Assembly (NCBI GenBank): GCA_037481835.1
Contig: JBBFKW010000012.1
Span: 78,695-142,694, forward strand
Reading direction: 5' to 3'
Length of the DNA stretch: 64,000 bases
Origin: Desulfosoma sp.
GTDB taxonomy: Bacteria > Desulfobacterota > Syntrophobacteria > Syntrophobacterales > DSM-9756
Shown here: piece after piece, positions 31,778 through 41,299 of the stretch
Position numbering within the stretch: the first letter of the stretch is position 1
Layout of the letters: each line of letters opens with the position of its first letter
The notes under the pieces: generated by a model
What the model was told of the DNA's origin: nothing
What the model saw: only the letters and a program-made list of their open reading frames with translations
The model's database searches: none
Made by a program: the position numbers and the translations under genes

Positions 31778-31831
31778 AATTCATAAGACCAGAGCGCAAG
31801 GACATCCCAGGTGCGAAGCTACTCAGATTTT

Positions 31832-31922
31832 GTTGGGGTTCGCTGCGCTCACCCCAACCTACATCGCCGCCCAACATCCTTGAATAAAATCGTAGGTTGG
31901 GGTGAGCGAAGCGAACCCCAAC
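31832..31922. repeat. GTAG-family REP doublet (inverted pair)
   Basis: gttggggttcgctgcgctcaccccaacCTAC (31832-31862) and GTAGgttggggtgagcgaagcgaaccccaac (31892-31922). Confidence 0.85.
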
Positions 31923-32123
31923 TCAGATCCAGGTCGGGCGACACTACGAACCACGAAAGCCCTGCCCTCTCAGATTCCCAGCGCGACTTTTATATAGAGC
32001 ACCGAGAGTTGACAGAGCCGCTCAAAGCCTTTAGGCTTCGTGTGCGAAAATAAGGAACAATCTTTCCAAATGAAATTCTTCAACCGGCTGAAGGCTTCCG
32101 GCATGAGAGGCGAGGCGGACGTG

Positions 32124-32579
32124 ATGAACGAGACAAGGAAAAGGGAAGGGCAACGCAGGGAGAGATTCGGCGGGCGGGACCGGCGAGGTTTTACCCTGAT
32201 CGAACTTTTGATCGTCATGGTGATCTTGGGCCTTTTGGCGGCCTTGGTTGCGCCCAAGATGTTCCAGAAAGTCGGCACATCCAAGATCAAGGCGGCAAAA
32301 GCCCAGATCGCCCTGTTGGGAACGGCCCTGGACGCCTACCGCTTGGACGTGGGGCGCTACCCGAGCACCGAACAGGGCCTGTCGGCTCTTCGGGTCAATC
32401 CGGGTTTCGACACGTGGGACGGCCCCTACCTGCCCAAAGACGTGCCCAAGGATCCGTGGGGGCGGGACTACGTGTACCGCTGCCCCGGCCAGCACGGGGA
32501 CTATGACCTATATTCCCTGGGTGCCGATGGTCAGGAAGGCGGCGAAGGCGAAAACGCCGACGTGGCCAGCTGGCAGTAA
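32124..32579 (+). CDS. gspG: type II secretion major pseudopilin
   Basis: GFTLIELLIVMVILGLLA prepilin motif; ALDAYRLDVGRYP, WDGPYL, DPWG, SLGADG. Confidence 0.92.
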   Translation: MNETRKREGQRRERFGGRDRRGFTLIELLIVMVILGLLAALVAPKMFQKVGTSKIKAAKAQIALLGTALDAYRLDVGRYPSTEQGLSALRVNPGFDTWDGPYLPKDVPKDPWGRDYVYRCPGQHGDYDLYSLGADGQEGGEGENADVASWQ

Positions 32580-32668
32580 CCTGGGAACCATCGAGCACGG
32601 CCGAGGGGTTGGAAGCCCATGAAACGGGCCTCACCCCCCACCGTGACCGTCCGCAGTCCCCTTTGCGC

Positions 32669-34060
32669 TTACGCGCACCGATAGGTTTCTTCCGTCTCCG
32701 TGTCCCAGCCGTCCCAGAGATAGGCGTCTTCCCGCCCCTGGGCGATCACCCGAAAGGCGTACCGGACCTGTTCCTCATAGAACCGGCAGTACGGACTCGG
32801 CGCACCCAGCGTGCCGTGAACCGCGCCCACTTCGGCGGGACACGGCGCACCGCAAAAATGCCGGACGGCGCAACGCCGACACGGCTCGATCCCTTCCACC
32901 ACTCGAGAAGTCACCGCCCGGAAGGGCTCGCTTTTCAGCACCGCGTCCAGATCGTCCTGAAAGAGATTCCCGCCGCAATATTCGGGAAACCCGAGGAACT
33001 CGCTGCAAGGAAAAACATCCCCGCGGGCGGAGACGGCCATGAAACACCTCCCGCCGCCGCACGGGGAAATGTCGCACATGAGGCGACGACCCGTCGGTCC
33101 CAGGATCCCAGCCAAAACGTTGGCGAAGTTGGCGACGACAAGCCTTCGCCCCGTGTGCTCGAACAGGGCGTAGGTTCGATCCAGCGCCGCGCAAAACGCC
33201 TCCGCCAAGACGGTGTCGTCCGGCTTGAGGGCCATGCCGCCGCTGCGCGTGCAGCGCACCGGATTGAACATCACGACCCGGACACCGGCATCGTGATAAA
33301 AATCCGCGAGTTCCGGAAGCAACGCCACATTTTCACGGGTGACCGTCGTGATGACGTTGAAGGCCGGATAGGAGGCCAGGCGCTCCATGACCCGGACCAC
33401 GTGCGCGAAGGCCCCATGCCCATGCCAGTTCTTTCGAACGGCGTCGGCCGCCCGGGTTTCATGGGCGTCCAAGGAAATGCCGACGCCCACGCCCCGGGAC
33501 GTGAGAAATTCGATGGCCTCTTCGTCCAAAAGAGTGGCATTGGTCTGGATCCCGAAAAGAAATCGGTCGCGGAAGCGGTCGATGGCGGCAAAGACGGCCT
33601 CTCGGGCCAACATGGGCTCTGAGCCGTGGAAGATGCATTGGGGCCTGATCCCGGGCTCCAAGGTCCGGTCGAAGTACGCCGCAAGGCGTTCCAACGCCTC
33701 TCCGACCTCCTCCACGCTCATGGTCTTGCCTGCCCGGCGCATCTCTTCCGGCAGATAGCAGTACGTGCAGTTGAAGTTACACCGCTCCGTGGGATTGAAA
33801 TAGACCGCCGAAGGCTTCAAGCGGAAGCGAAGCTGATCCATTTCGTCCCTGAAAGTTTCCTGTTGATCCAGGAAAGCTTCCACCACACGCCCCGAAAGAG
33901 CATCCGGCAGCCCGTTGCCGTCCACAACAGCCCAAAAGGCGCTGTCCGGCTCCACCACCGCGACCCGGTCGGGTAAACCGATGTCCAAAACGGAAAAGGA
34001 AGGGCCCGCTCCGCTGTTGGCATAGCGGGGGCGGCCCGTTTTGAAAACCCCGTCGTTCAT
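32669..34060 (-). CDS. cbpB: peptide-modifying radical SAM/SPASM enzyme, CbpB-like
   Basis: CNFNCTYC, FHGSEP, SPASM cysteines CDISPCGGG..PC..C..C...C...CP; directly after a short peptide ORF. Confidence 0.8.
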   Translation of the reverse strand: MNDGVFKTGRPRYANSGAGPSFSVLDIGLPDRVAVVEPDSAFWAVVDGNGLPDALSGRVVEAFLDQQETFRDEMDQLRFRLKPSAVYFNPTERCNFNCTYCYLPEEMRRAGKTMSVEEVGEALERLAAYFDRTLEPGIRPQCIFHGSEPMLAREAVFAAIDRFRDRFLFGIQTNATLLDEEAIEFLTSRGVGVGISLDAHETRAADAVRKNWHGHGAFAHVVRVMERLASYPAFNVITTVTRENVALLPELADFYHDAGVRVVMFNPVRCTRSGGMALKPDDTVLAEAFCAALDRTYALFEHTGRRLVVANFANVLAGILGPTGRRLMCDISPCGGGRCFMAVSARGDVFPCSEFLGFPEYCGGNLFQDDLDAVLKSEPFRAVTSRVVEGIEPCRRCAVRHFCGAPCPAEVGAVHGTLGAPSPYCRFYEEQVRYAFRVIAQGREDAYLWDGWDTETEETYRCA

Positions 34061-34180
34061 TTACTTGTCCTGTTTTTCATTCTTCGTGGGGGTGAGCAGA
34101 ATGTAATGGGAAAGCCCCGTGGAGTCGCCAAGCTTGCGACAACGCCGCCGATAAGAAATGATGCGAGCTTCTTTCTTCAT
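34061..34180 (-). CDS. cbpA: modified-peptide precursor, CbpA-like (39 aa)
   Basis: MKKEARIISYRRRCRKLGDSTGLSHYILL...; GGAGG RBS; TAA abuts the radical SAM ATG. Confidence 0.75.
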   Translation of the reverse strand: MKKEARIISYRRRCRKLGDSTGLSHYILLTPTKNEKQDK

Positions 34181-34232
34181 GCCGTTTCCTCCCATCTTCT
34201 CTTTTGAATTGACCTCACAAGGACTGCGGACC

Positions 34233-34279
34233 AAAGAAAAAGCCCGGAGCAATCCGCATCATGCGATTCGCTCCGGGCT
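34233..34279 (-). terminator. attenuator terminator of the cobalamin riboswitch
   Basis: agcccggagc...gctccgggct followed by UUUUCUUU, between aptamer and cbpA. Confidence 0.7.
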
Positions 34280-34307
34280 TCCTTTGCCATCGGTGACCCA
34301 GCATTGC

Positions 34308-34479
34308 GTCTTCCAGCAGGTCTTCTGGCTCTCGGATCCTCTGAAGGGCCGCGGCCTTCCCCCCGGGGTGGACCCCGAAAGTGACCGGTCCGGATCATCG
34401 GACCTCTGCGCCCCTTCATCCCCGATCACAGCGGCGGGACCGCCACGGATTTGCACCGTGTTCCGGGATGCTGAAAGAC
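34308..34479 (-). promoter_or_regulatory. cobalamin (B12) riboswitch
   Basis: GGAA-cacGGTGcAAATCC-gtggCGGtCCCGCCGCTGTGA...GGGAAGGC...GAGCCAGAAGACCTGC; P1 gtctttcagca/tgctggaagac. Confidence 0.88.
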
Positions 34480-34691
34480 TTTATGCCATCAGCGAGCTTT
34501 TTCCCATAAGGATCCCATTTTGTCAATATGGCGCTTGAGCCTTTCACACCCATTGCGGTCCGGCAAAAAACCGCCTGTTCTGGCTCGGGGCCGGCTTGTT
34601 CTGCGGGGGGCAGGCACGCCCAATTCTATAAACGAGAAAAGATCGCAAGGAAAGCCCGGGACCTATGCGACTTACGAGAACGAGCGGGCAT

Positions 34692-34720
34692 AAAAAAAGC
34701 GGGGGGAACACCCCCGCTTT
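34692..34720 (-). terminator. intrinsic terminator after hsp20
   Basis: aaagcggggg-N-cccccgcttt with T-run on the minus strand. Confidence 0.75.
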
Positions 34721-34762
34721 GTGCGCTGAACCCCTCAAAGGGGCTCACGTTTCGCTTCCCCA

Positions 34763-35206
34763 TCAGTGCTTCACTTCGATCCGCTTGGGTCGAGAAGCCT
34801 CGGCCTTGGGAATTTCGATGCGCAGCACCCCATCTTTGTAAACCGCCTCGACCCCTTCCGCTTTCACTTCCGCGGGCAACGTGAAGGACCGAGAGAAGGA
34901 TCCGTAACGCCGCTCCACCCGGTGGAAGGATTCACCTTTCTCTTCCTTCTCCTGCCGCTTCTCGCCTTTGACCGTGAGCACGTTTTCCGTAATGCTGATG
35001 TCGAGATCCTTCACATCCACCCCGGGAAGATCGGCCTTCACCACGATCTTGTCTTCCGTTTCGGAAATGTCGAAGGCCGGCATCAGAACCTTTTCGTCGC
35101 CCCACACGGCGGGAAGGGCTTCTTCAAAGAAGCGATCCATCCAATCGAAGGCCCTAGGCCATGCAAGGAGCGACTCCCTACGGCTGCGAGGAACCAATCC
35201 GAGCAT
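34763..35206 (-). CDS. small heat shock protein Hsp20
   Basis: PAFDISET, ADLPGV, ERRYGSFSRSFTLP, YKDGVL; start ATG 35206 or TTG 35212. Confidence 0.95.
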   Translation of the reverse strand: MLGLVPRSRRESLLAWPRAFDWMDRFFEEALPAVWGDEKVLMPAFDISETEDKIVVKADLPGVDVKDLDISITENVLTVKGEKRQEKEEKGESFHRVERRYGSFSRSFTLPAEVKAEGVEAVYKDGVLRIEIPKAEASRPKRIEVKH

Positions 35207-35345
35207 GTCCAATACCTCCTTTTGTTATGGTTTCTAGGGACTTACCGTTCCCAACCGCACCATAAAAATAATCCCGACCGCCACCCTGTCAAGTCCCTTT
35301 CGGGAGGACTCCAACGCGGTGTCCGTCATGGCCCGTCTAGCCCCT

Positions 35346-35603
35346 TTACGGAATCTCCGTTTCCCCCGTTTCTTCGAGGAGCCTCTTGAACCGTGCGGAA
35401 TCCCTCACCCGGCGCGCCCCGGCCGCTTCGGCATCTTCCTGTGTGAGATGAATTTCCCCGCATTCGGGACACGTCACGTTGAGCTGGTCGCCGATGATGC
35501 GTTCTCGGATTTCGTCAACCGTCATGTGGCCGAGGAATCCGCATTTGGTGTCCACGCGTCGGGCGCGGACACGAAAGGGAAAGGGTTTTTCCCCGCTGGC
35601 CAT
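35346..35603 (-). CDS. small hypothetical protein with CPEC motif
   Basis: GAGG RBS; TKCG..H...CPECGEIH; downstream of mvhD. Confidence 0.6.
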   Translation of the reverse strand: MASGEKPFPFRVRARRVDTKCGFLGHMTVDEIRERIIGDQLNVTCPECGEIHLTQEDAEAAGARRVRDSARFKRLLEETGETEIP

Positions 35604-35718
35604 TCTGTCTTCCTCACCCCGGCATCGTCATACGCCGTTCATGAAAATTCTTTAAAAGCACCCATCCTTCGTCGAAGGCTTCGGCGGAATCACGGAATCG
35701 CACCCAGGGCGGCCGGAG

Positions 35719-36126
35719 TCAGTGCTCCGGGTCGAGGGCTTCCAGGGTTTCGGCCATGTCCCGGCACGCCTGGACGAAGGTTTCTGCTTCCGACGAAGCG
35801 CACCAAACCATGCGGAACCGCTCCGGTTCCAGCCCCATGGCATCCATCATCTCCTGGATCACCAGCCGCCGGGCGTCCGCTCGGATATTGCCGTCTTTGT
35901 AGTGGCATTCGCCCAGTCGGCATCCCATGACCAGCACGCCGTCCGCTCCCAGAGCGAAGGTTTCCATCACGAGCTTGGGATGGACCATGCCGGAACACAT
36001 GACCCGCACGATCCGGATGTTTTCCGGATAATCCAATCTCCGGATCCCGGCCAGGTCCGCGGCGCTGTAAGCGCACCAATGGCACGCAAAAACGACGATC
36101 TTCCCCCCTCCGTTTCCGGAAGCCAT
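35719..36126 (-). CDS. mvhD: hydrogenase iron-sulfur subunit MvhD/FlpD
   Basis: FACHWCAY, RVMCSG, GADGVLVMGC..GECHY..GN, ERFR. Confidence 0.9.
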   Translation of the reverse strand: MASGNGGGKIVVFACHWCAYSAADLAGIRRLDYPENIRIVRVMCSGMVHPKLVMETFALGADGVLVMGCRLGECHYKDGNIRADARRLVIQEMMDAMGLEPERFRMVWCASSEAETFVQACRDMAETLEALDPEH

Positions 36127-39100
36127 CACGCCGCTCCGCTTTCTTCCGACCGCAGAATGGCCTTCACCTGCTGCAAGAGTTGGGGCACGCTGAATCCCGC
36201 CACACGGATCCCGTCCTTGGGACAGGTGGCCTCACAGATCCCGCATCCTTTACACAAAGCCGTGTTCACCGCCGGAAGCCGCGTCTCCTCAGGGGCCTCC
36301 CGGGTCCCTTTGGGATAGTCCTTCCAGCGGATCGCCTGAAACGGGCACACATCCAAACACAGAGCGCACCCGTCACAGTTTTCCGGAACCACATGGGCCT
36401 TGATGGCATCCAGGGCCTTGCGACGCGTGGCCAAAACGGCTGCAGCCCGAGCCGTCACCGCCTGGGCTTGAGCGATGACCTCGTCCAAGGGCTTGGGATA
36501 ATGGGCCAGACCGGCCATGAAAATCCCTTCCGTCAGAAACTCCACGGGCCGCAGCTTGGCATGGGCCTCTTGGAAAAACCCGTCGGCGTTCAAAGGCAGT
36601 TTATAAATCTTGGCCAATTCCTCCACATCCGGCTGCGGGACGATGGCCGTGGCCAAAATGACCACATCGGCCCGCACGGTCAAAGGCATGTGGAGCACAT
36701 GGTCCGTCACCCTCACGTAGAGTTCGTTCGGGCCGAGGCGTATGGTCGGCTTATGGTGCCTTTCGTAATTGATGAACACCACGCCTTTTTCTCGAGCCTT
36801 CTTGTAGAGGGACTCCCTGAGTCCGTAAGTGCGCACGTCCCGGTACAGGATGTAGACGTCCCGGGTGGGGTCTTCTTCCTTGAGTTCCAACGCCGCCTGG
36901 ATGGAATGGGTGCAGCAGACTCGAGAGCAATAAGGCCTGTCGGGCTCACGGGACCCCACGCACTGGATGAAGACAAGGGTCTTGGCACCCGCAATGCGCT
37001 CATCGCCCACGGCACGGAGCTTATCGAATTCCAGGGCCGTGAGCACCCTTTGGGACTCGGCGTAACCGTATTCTTCGGGCTTGTAGGCCGTGCCGCCCAC
37101 GGCCAGGACCGTCACCCCATGATCCACACTGATGGTCGCCCCGCCTTTCTTGATGGTGGATCGAAAATTCCCCACGAACCCTTCCGCGGCGACGACTTCG
37201 CTCTTGAGATAGACGCTGATGTAAGGGTGAGAGCGCACGCGAGCCGTCAGCCGATCCACGAAGGCGGTGATGTTTTCCCCCTTCCAGGTACGGAAGAGAT
37301 GGCGTGCGTTGCCGCCCAGCTGGGAACTCTTTTCCACGAGGTGCACCGGGAACCCCTGGTCGGCCAGTCCCAGGGCCGTCACCAAACCGGCCACACCGCC
37401 TCCCACCACCAGAACCGTCGGATTGACATTGACAGTCACCGGCGGCAGCGGCTCCTGCGCGCACACCTTGGCCACCGCCATGCGCACCAAGTCCACGGCC
37501 ACGGCCGTGGCCGCCCGCGGATCCTTCCCATGGACCCACGCCGATTGGTTGCGGATGTTGGCCATGTCGAACAGGTACTCATTGAGCCCGGCGTTCTTGA
37601 GGGTCTCCCGGAAAAGGTTTTCATGGGTCACGGGCGAACAGGCCGCCACCACGACGCGGTTCAGAGCGCACTCTCCGATGCGCCGCCGGATCAGTTCCTG
37701 GCTGTCGTGAGAACAGGCAAACAGCTTGCGTTCCACGTGGACCACATAAGGGAGCCGGGAGGCCGCTCGAGCCACTTCTTCCACATCCACGACTCCGGCG
37801 ATGTTGGACCCACAATGGCACACGAACACCCCCACCCGAGGCGCTTGTCCGACCACAGGCCGTTCTTCGGGGAAGTCTTTGAGCCGCGACAGACTGTTTC
37901 GCACATCGGACAGAGGGACGGCCGCCGCGGCGGCCGCCGCCGATCCTTCCAGCACCGCCTGGGCGATGTCCTTGGGCCCCACGGCCGTGCCGCAGGCGTA
38001 AACGCCCGGTCGGGATGCCGTTACGGGTTCGAAGGACGAGGTTTCCACAAAGCCGTGGGCATCGGTTTTCAGCCCCAAACGTTCATAAAGGCTCTTCGTC
38101 GCCGATGGGACCTCCATCCCTACGGAAAGAACGACCACATCGAAGACTTCCCGACGCCGCCGGCCCTCTTCGGACGTATAATGCACCACGAGCCCACCGC
38201 CTTCTTCGGCGGGTTCCACAGCCGGCACGCGGCACGGGACGAACCGGACCCCTCGGTCCCTCATCCCGTTGAAATAGCGCTCAAAATCTTTTCCCGTGGT
38301 GCGCATGTCCAGGTAAAAAACCGCCACGTCCAGCGACGGATCGCCTTCCAGGGCCATGGACGCTCCCTTGACGGCGGTCATGCAGCACACGGACGAACAA
38401 TAGGCGTGGCTTTTTCCCGTTTCGTCCCGGCTCCCCACACACTGGACGAAGGCGACTTTGCGGATGGGCCGCCCGTCCGAAGGCCTCACCAAGGGCCGCC
38501 GGTGGGATCCTGCGGCGGCAAGCATGCGTTCCCAGATGTGGGATGGAAGCACATCGGGAAAAACACCGTAACCCCAAGGGTTTCGCTCGGGGGGCTCAAA
38601 AGGCTGAAAGCCCGGCGCCAGGATCACCGATCCCACGGTCACCGTCACCCAGCGTTCCCGGTCGTCCAAGCGCACGGCCTGAGCCGGACAGACCTTTTCA
38701 CAGGCCCGACATGTCCCTTGGGTGAGGTAAAGGCATCGATGGGGGTCGATCTGGTAGGTCAACGGAACGGCCTGAGGATAAGCAAGATAAATGGCGGAGC
38801 GCTCCGCCCACGGCCCGCATCGGGGATCCCTGACCACCACGGGGCACACCCGGGCGCAGTCGCCGCAGGCCACACACCGCTCGGGGTCCACATAACGGGG
38901 CCGCTGTCGCAAGGTGGCCTGGAACCGGGGCGCCTCCCCTTCCAGGCGTTCCAGCTCCGTCAGGGGCATGAGTTCAATATTGAAGTGCCGACCGCACTCC
39001 ACCAGCTTGGGCGCCAGGATTCACATGGCGCATTCGTTGGTGGGAAAGGTCTTGTCCAGGCGGGCCATGGTGCCGCCGATGGCCCCGCCCTTTTCTGCAA

Positions 39101-39200
39101 GATAGACGAAATAACCCGCTTCGGCCAAATCCAAAGCCGCCTGCAGGCCGGAAATGCCGCCGCCGACCACGAGCACGGCGCCCACCTTCTGGCGTATCAT
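36126..39200 (-). CDS. hdrA: selenocysteine-containing heterodisulfide reductase subunit A family protein (1024 aa, Sec60)
   Basis: ATG 39200; [29 protein letters not shown] (UGA 39023-39021) in frame with ORF 36126-39002; two QCVGSR/CS.VCC modules; ferredoxin motifs. Confidence 0.92.
38982..39000 (-). promoter_or_regulatory. bacterial SECIS-like hairpin
   Basis: GGAGUGC-GGUCG-GCACUUC, starting 20 nt after the UGA. Confidence 0.7.
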
Positions 39201-40669
39201 CCCACCACCTCACGAGGTGCCTTGGAAGGCACGACCAGGGCTTCCGCCACCAGTTCCCACAAGAGCTTCACGTCCACCGAAAGATCGTATTCCTTGCGCA
39301 GACTTTTCAGGATTTGATCCCGGCAGGTGTGGCAGGACGTCACCACCAGCGAGGCACCGGTGCGTCGAATCTGGAGCGCCTTATGGCGGCCGTGAAAAAC
39401 CCGCTCTTCGTGAAACGGCAAAGCCGCAAGCCCCCCACCGGCCCCGCAGCAGTAGGCGTCTTCGCGGTTGGGAATCATCTCCACAAAATCCGCGCAGCAC
39501 CAGCGCAGGATCTCCCGGGCCTCTTCGTCATACGCCTTGCCGAACGCCTTGGCGGACTTCCGCGTCACATGGCACGGATCGTGATAAGTGGCCGCCTCCG
39601 CAAAGGGCCGGTCTCGGAGTTGAATTCGGCCGCTTCGGATATAGTCTAGGAGAAGATCGAAAAGCGTCACCACTTGAAACCGCCGGGATTCTTCGGCATA
39701 CCAGCGGCCGAGCCCCATGCGCACCGCATGGTAGGCATGGCCGCACTCGGGCAAAAGCAGGGTTTGGCACTCGAGCCGACGCATGGCCTCCACGATTCGT
39801 CCCACGCCGAGCCGCACCGCCTCGTCATCGCCCGTGTAGGCCCCCCATTGCACCCCGTCCCAATTTAGCGTTGGGATCGTCCAGGATTCTCCCGCGGCAT
39901 AAAAGATCTTCCACCAGTGCTTCATCTGCCGCGGTTCCGCAAAGGGCTCCTTGGAATTGACCGTGACCAAGAGCCGAGCGCCCTTCACATCCAGAGGCAC
40001 CCGAAATCCGGGGCATTCTTCTTCGGCCAGTTCCCGCGCCACGGCTTCACAACAGGCGATGAAGTCTTCGCGAGGAATGCCCAAATTGTTGCCCGTCTCC
40101 GCCATGGTCAGGACACCCTTGTGGAGCGAACCAGGCACCCGATCCCGTTCCCGGGCCCGCCGCACCGCCGTCATGAGCCCCGTGATGTCCACGCCCATGG
40201 GGCAGGCCTGTTCGCACTTGCCGCACAGGGTGCACTTCCACGGCCACGAAGCCGCCACCAGATCCTCTTCCATGCCCAAGACGGCCATGCGCACGACTTT
40301 TCGCGGATCCCAATCATCCACCCCGGAGATGGGACACGCCCCGGCGCAACTGCCGCACGTGAGGCACACGTCGGCCCCCAGGGACGAAAGACCAAAGGGG
40401 TGATGGCGCGCCCCCAATACCGTCTGCCCTTCCCAGTCCTCCTCGGGTTCGGACGCCGCCGCCGACGCCGCGGAAACCCGCCGGAACTGCAGGGCCGACG
40501 CATCCAACCCATAGGCATGACACAGCCGGATGAACTCCTCTTCGTCCACCAGGTAGCGCTTACCCGGCACCCGACGCGCCGGCAGCCGACCGCTTCGGAT
40601 CCAGTTTCGGATGGTGTTTCGATGCACGCCCAGCTGCTCCGCCAGGCGGCCGATCTGGACGACGATCAT
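39197..40669 (-). CDS. HdrD-like Fe-S/CCG protein fused to an N-terminal excisionase-type HTH
   Basis: [23 protein letters not shown] (HTH_17-like); [12 protein letters not shown] and [34 protein letters not shown]. Confidence 0.85.
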   Translation of the reverse strand: MIVVQIGRLAEQLGVHRNTIRNWIRSGRLPARRVPGKRYLVDEEEFIRLCHAYGLDASALQFRRVSAASAAASEPEEDWEGQTVLGARHHPFGLSSLGADVCLTCGSCAGACPISGVDDWDPRKVVRMAVLGMEEDLVAASWPWKCTLCGKCEQACPMGVDITGLMTAVRRARERDRVPGSLHKGVLTMAETGNNLGIPREDFIACCEAVARELAEEECPGFRVPLDVKGARLLVTVNSKEPFAEPRQMKHWWKIFYAAGESWTIPTLNWDGVQWGAYTGDDEAVRLGVGRIVEAMRRLECQTLLLPECGHAYHAVRMGLGRWYAEESRRFQVVTLFDLLLDYIRSGRIQLRDRPFAEAATYHDPCHVTRKSAKAFGKAYDEEAREILRWCCADFVEMIPNREDAYCCGAGGGLAALPFHEERVFHGRHKALQIRRTGASLVVTSCHTCRDQILKSLRKEYDLSVDVKLLWELVAEALVVPSKAPREVVG

Positions 40670-41166
40670 GGATTGACCCCCACGTGCCGAAGAAGGAGAT
40701 CCACGGCTCGAGGCACCGCTTCCGCCACGGCAGGCGACAAGCCCGGGGCCACATGGTCGGGCAACTCAGCCGCCTGCACCGCAAGGATGGCCACCCGCAC
40801 CCCTCCTTCTTCGGCCAGTTCCCGCAAAAGATCCGCCGAAGGGAACTGGTGCATGAGAAAATCCGCCCGCTTGACCGACGGCACCTCCTGGGGCGAAAGC
40901 CAGAAAAGCTCACCCGGATCACGCCCCGAAACCTGCAGAGCGTCCACGATGTAAAGGGCTTGGGGTTTTTCCGCCGAAAGGACCATGTCGAACAAGAGGT
41001 CGCTGAGAGCCGTTCCCGCATCCACAACGCACACATGAGCCGGCAAAGCGTCGTTGGCCGCCAAACGGTCCGCCACCGCCGGGCCGAATCCATCATCGCC
41101 GAAAAGGGTGTTGCCGCATCCAAGAATCACCACGGAAGCGGAAAAAAGCCGGCTTCGTTCACTCAT
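40666..41166 (-). CDS. hydrogenase maturation protease family protein
   Basis: ILGCGNTLFGDDGFG, VDAGT, IVDA, MHQ, GLSPAV; GGAGG RBS. Confidence 0.88.
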   Translation of the reverse strand: MSERSRLFSASVVILGCGNTLFGDDGFGPAVADRLAANDALPAHVCVVDAGTALSDLLFDMVLSAEKPQALYIVDALQVSGRDPGELFWLSPQEVPSVKRADFLMHQFPSADLLRELAEEGGVRVAILAVQAAELPDHVAPGLSPAVAEAVPRAVDLLLRHVGVNP

Positions 41167-41186
41167 GAAACAAAGTCCTCCCGGTC

Positions 41187-41241
41187 CTTGTGCATCTTGT
41201 GCATCGGCAGGTTTCCTACCTCGACCCCGCCCGTTTGTCAA
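41187..41241 (-). promoter_or_regulatory. sigma70-like promoter of the Hdr operon with a tandem 9-bp repeat near +1
   Basis: TTGACA-N17-TAGGAA on the minus strand (41241-41213); (ATGCACAAG)x2 at 41204-41187. Confidence 0.55.
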
Positions 41242-41299
41242 CGGGGAAGTCCGGTCCCGAAGCGGTCGCGTAAAGGCCTTGGGGTGTCGTCGGGACGGT

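Noticed and set aside
35719..36126. Additional Sec codons in mvhD
   Set aside because: All conserved positions are Cys codons; the frame is uninterrupted.
36180..39317. 1045-aa plus-strand ORF
   Set aside because: Antisense shadow of hdrA in a GC-rich genome; no recognisable motifs.
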